DNA of 64,000 bases from assembly GCF_964355755.1 (NCBI RefSeq), contig NC_092675.1, positions 11,217,812-11,281,811 of the forward strand, given 5' to 3'. The stretch is from Antedon mediterranea. Its lineage: Eukaryota; Animalia; Echinodermata. Both the position numbers and the translations under genes were made by a program. Below the pieces are notes generated by a model. It did not search any database, was not told where the DNA came from, and saw nothing but the letters and a program-made list of their open reading frames with translations. Position 1 is the first letter of the stretch, and the number at the start of each line of letters is the position of its first letter. Positions 62,618 through 64,000 of the stretch are shown here, one piece after another.

Positions 62618-64000
62618 ATGGTTTTAAAAATAAAAGTAAAATATGGAAGAGATAATAAAGATAAGGGCTCACCAACCCCGAAAACTAATTCAAGAGGTGC
62701 CGTCCATTCAAAATTGTATAGAGAAAGATTAAAAAAAGATCCAGAAGAGTGGAAACGTTTTCAAGAAAGAGAGAATGCCAGACATCGTCAGCGTAGGGCC
62801 AGGCGGTCTGAGGCAGATAAATTAAGAGATCGAGAAAAAAGTAGGACAAGACAGCAAAGATTTGTAGAGAGAAAGAAAGCAGAGGGAGAGAAAATACAGC
62901 AGAAAGTAAAGCCATTAGCAACACGTAGCGAAAAAATGAAGAAAGCCGAGTACAATAAGATCAAGAAAAGAGAATCAAGAGCGAGAATGACTTCACAACA
63001 CAAAAGACGTGTGAAAGAGAAAGATGCAAAACGGAAGAGAGAGAAGCGCAATGCAAAAAGAAAGAAACAAAACATCAATCAAACACCTTCACTTCACAAA
63101 ACTTCTGGTTTCCCTTCAATTACTGCAAAACGAATGGCAGCATCACGTTTATGGGCTAAGTTACCCAAGGAACCAGAAAGATTTGCCGAGATTGTGGAAG
63201 AATTTGTTAAAGGTAGCAGAACAACACCAAGAAAAAAAGCTGCATTGAGAAGACATGGTCTTGGCATCAACAAAGGAAAAAGGGATTTACAATTCCAAGA
63301 TTTAATAACAGAAAACCTGAAAAATAAGTTGCAGGTGCTAAAAAAAAAGAGCGACACCTCATCCCGTAAAGACAGAAGATTACTTGCAAGTGCTCACCTG
63401 ATTAGCAAGAAATATCACATGCAGAGTAGACTTGCAAACAATTGGATGTTCGTCCAAACTACTTATCAAGTATTAGAAAGAAAATTGATAAAAATGACGG
63501 AGTTGTACTTGACTTGCGAAAAAGAAGGAGCGATGCTACAAGTTTTGATGATTGAGAAGGTACAATCTTTTTATAAAAATCCTAAAATTTCAAGAGAATT
63601 ACCATTAATGAAATCTGTGAAGAAACAAATCCAGAGGAGTGTCATGGAAGTGTCTATCGATCAGGCATATAAAATGTGGAAAAGCGAAAATCCATATTAT
63701 TATAAATATTATTAGCCACTCTTTGTTTCAGAAATTGAGACCAAATACTGTCCTTTTGCAACACAAAACTAAATTAAACCAATGCCTTTGTGAGTACTGC
63801 ACATCAATCCTCCTCAAGTTACAGGCCTTAAACAGAGCTGCTGTAGCATACAAGATGCCTACTATCAAAATTAAAAATAAATATGAGCTGATTGCACTTA
63901 CTATGTGCCCAAAAGAGGACAACGAAAAGTACAATAAACCAGGATGTATATATAGAGAGTGTGAAGACTGTGGTGTGTCCCTCCTCAAGACTAAAGTTAT
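62618..64000 (+). pseudogene. DNA-transposon transposase N-terminal half (Sola2-like), frameshifted, truncated by the window edge
   Basis: K/R-rich N-terminus, TPRKK, RKRRSDA (shifted frame), FY..P.ISR.LP, then in a new frame from ~63711 FQKLRP...QCLCEYC...CPK...CIYRECEDCG; acceptor ttttcag| just before the ATG. Confidence 0.7.

Overview
AT-rich, intron-rich, repeat-dense animal (invertebrate-type) genomic DNA. Two host genes lie head-to-head. One is a minus-strand tubulin polyglutamylase of the TTLL6/TTLL13 family: ATG at 26968, 16 phase-consistent coding exons down to 2885, and a tentative last exon at 196-25. The other is the plus-strand coatomer epsilon gene COPE: ATG at 39470, 7 exons to 55803, continuing beyond the window. 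Introns and intergenic DNA hold a full-length Ty3/Gypsy element with identical 145-bp LTRs but a disabled pol (8947-13530), and a second, unusual LTR element (33544-38094). The latter has identical 247-bp LTRs, a decayed gag, no pol, and an intact 409-codon zinc-finger-like cargo ORF that can be reached by a perfect LTR-donor-to-ATG splice. Other elements include a Penelope-type hammerhead ribozyme next to a tandem array of cloverleaf tRNA-like genes with anticodon ATC, Deu-domain SINEs, Helentron-type non-autonomous elements, Academ-, Mutator/foldback-, Harbinger- and Kolobok-like MITEs (some nested three deep), and a frameshifted Sola2-like transposase at the right edge. All coordinates were read by eye and no database searches were run; family names rest on recalled motif knowledge.
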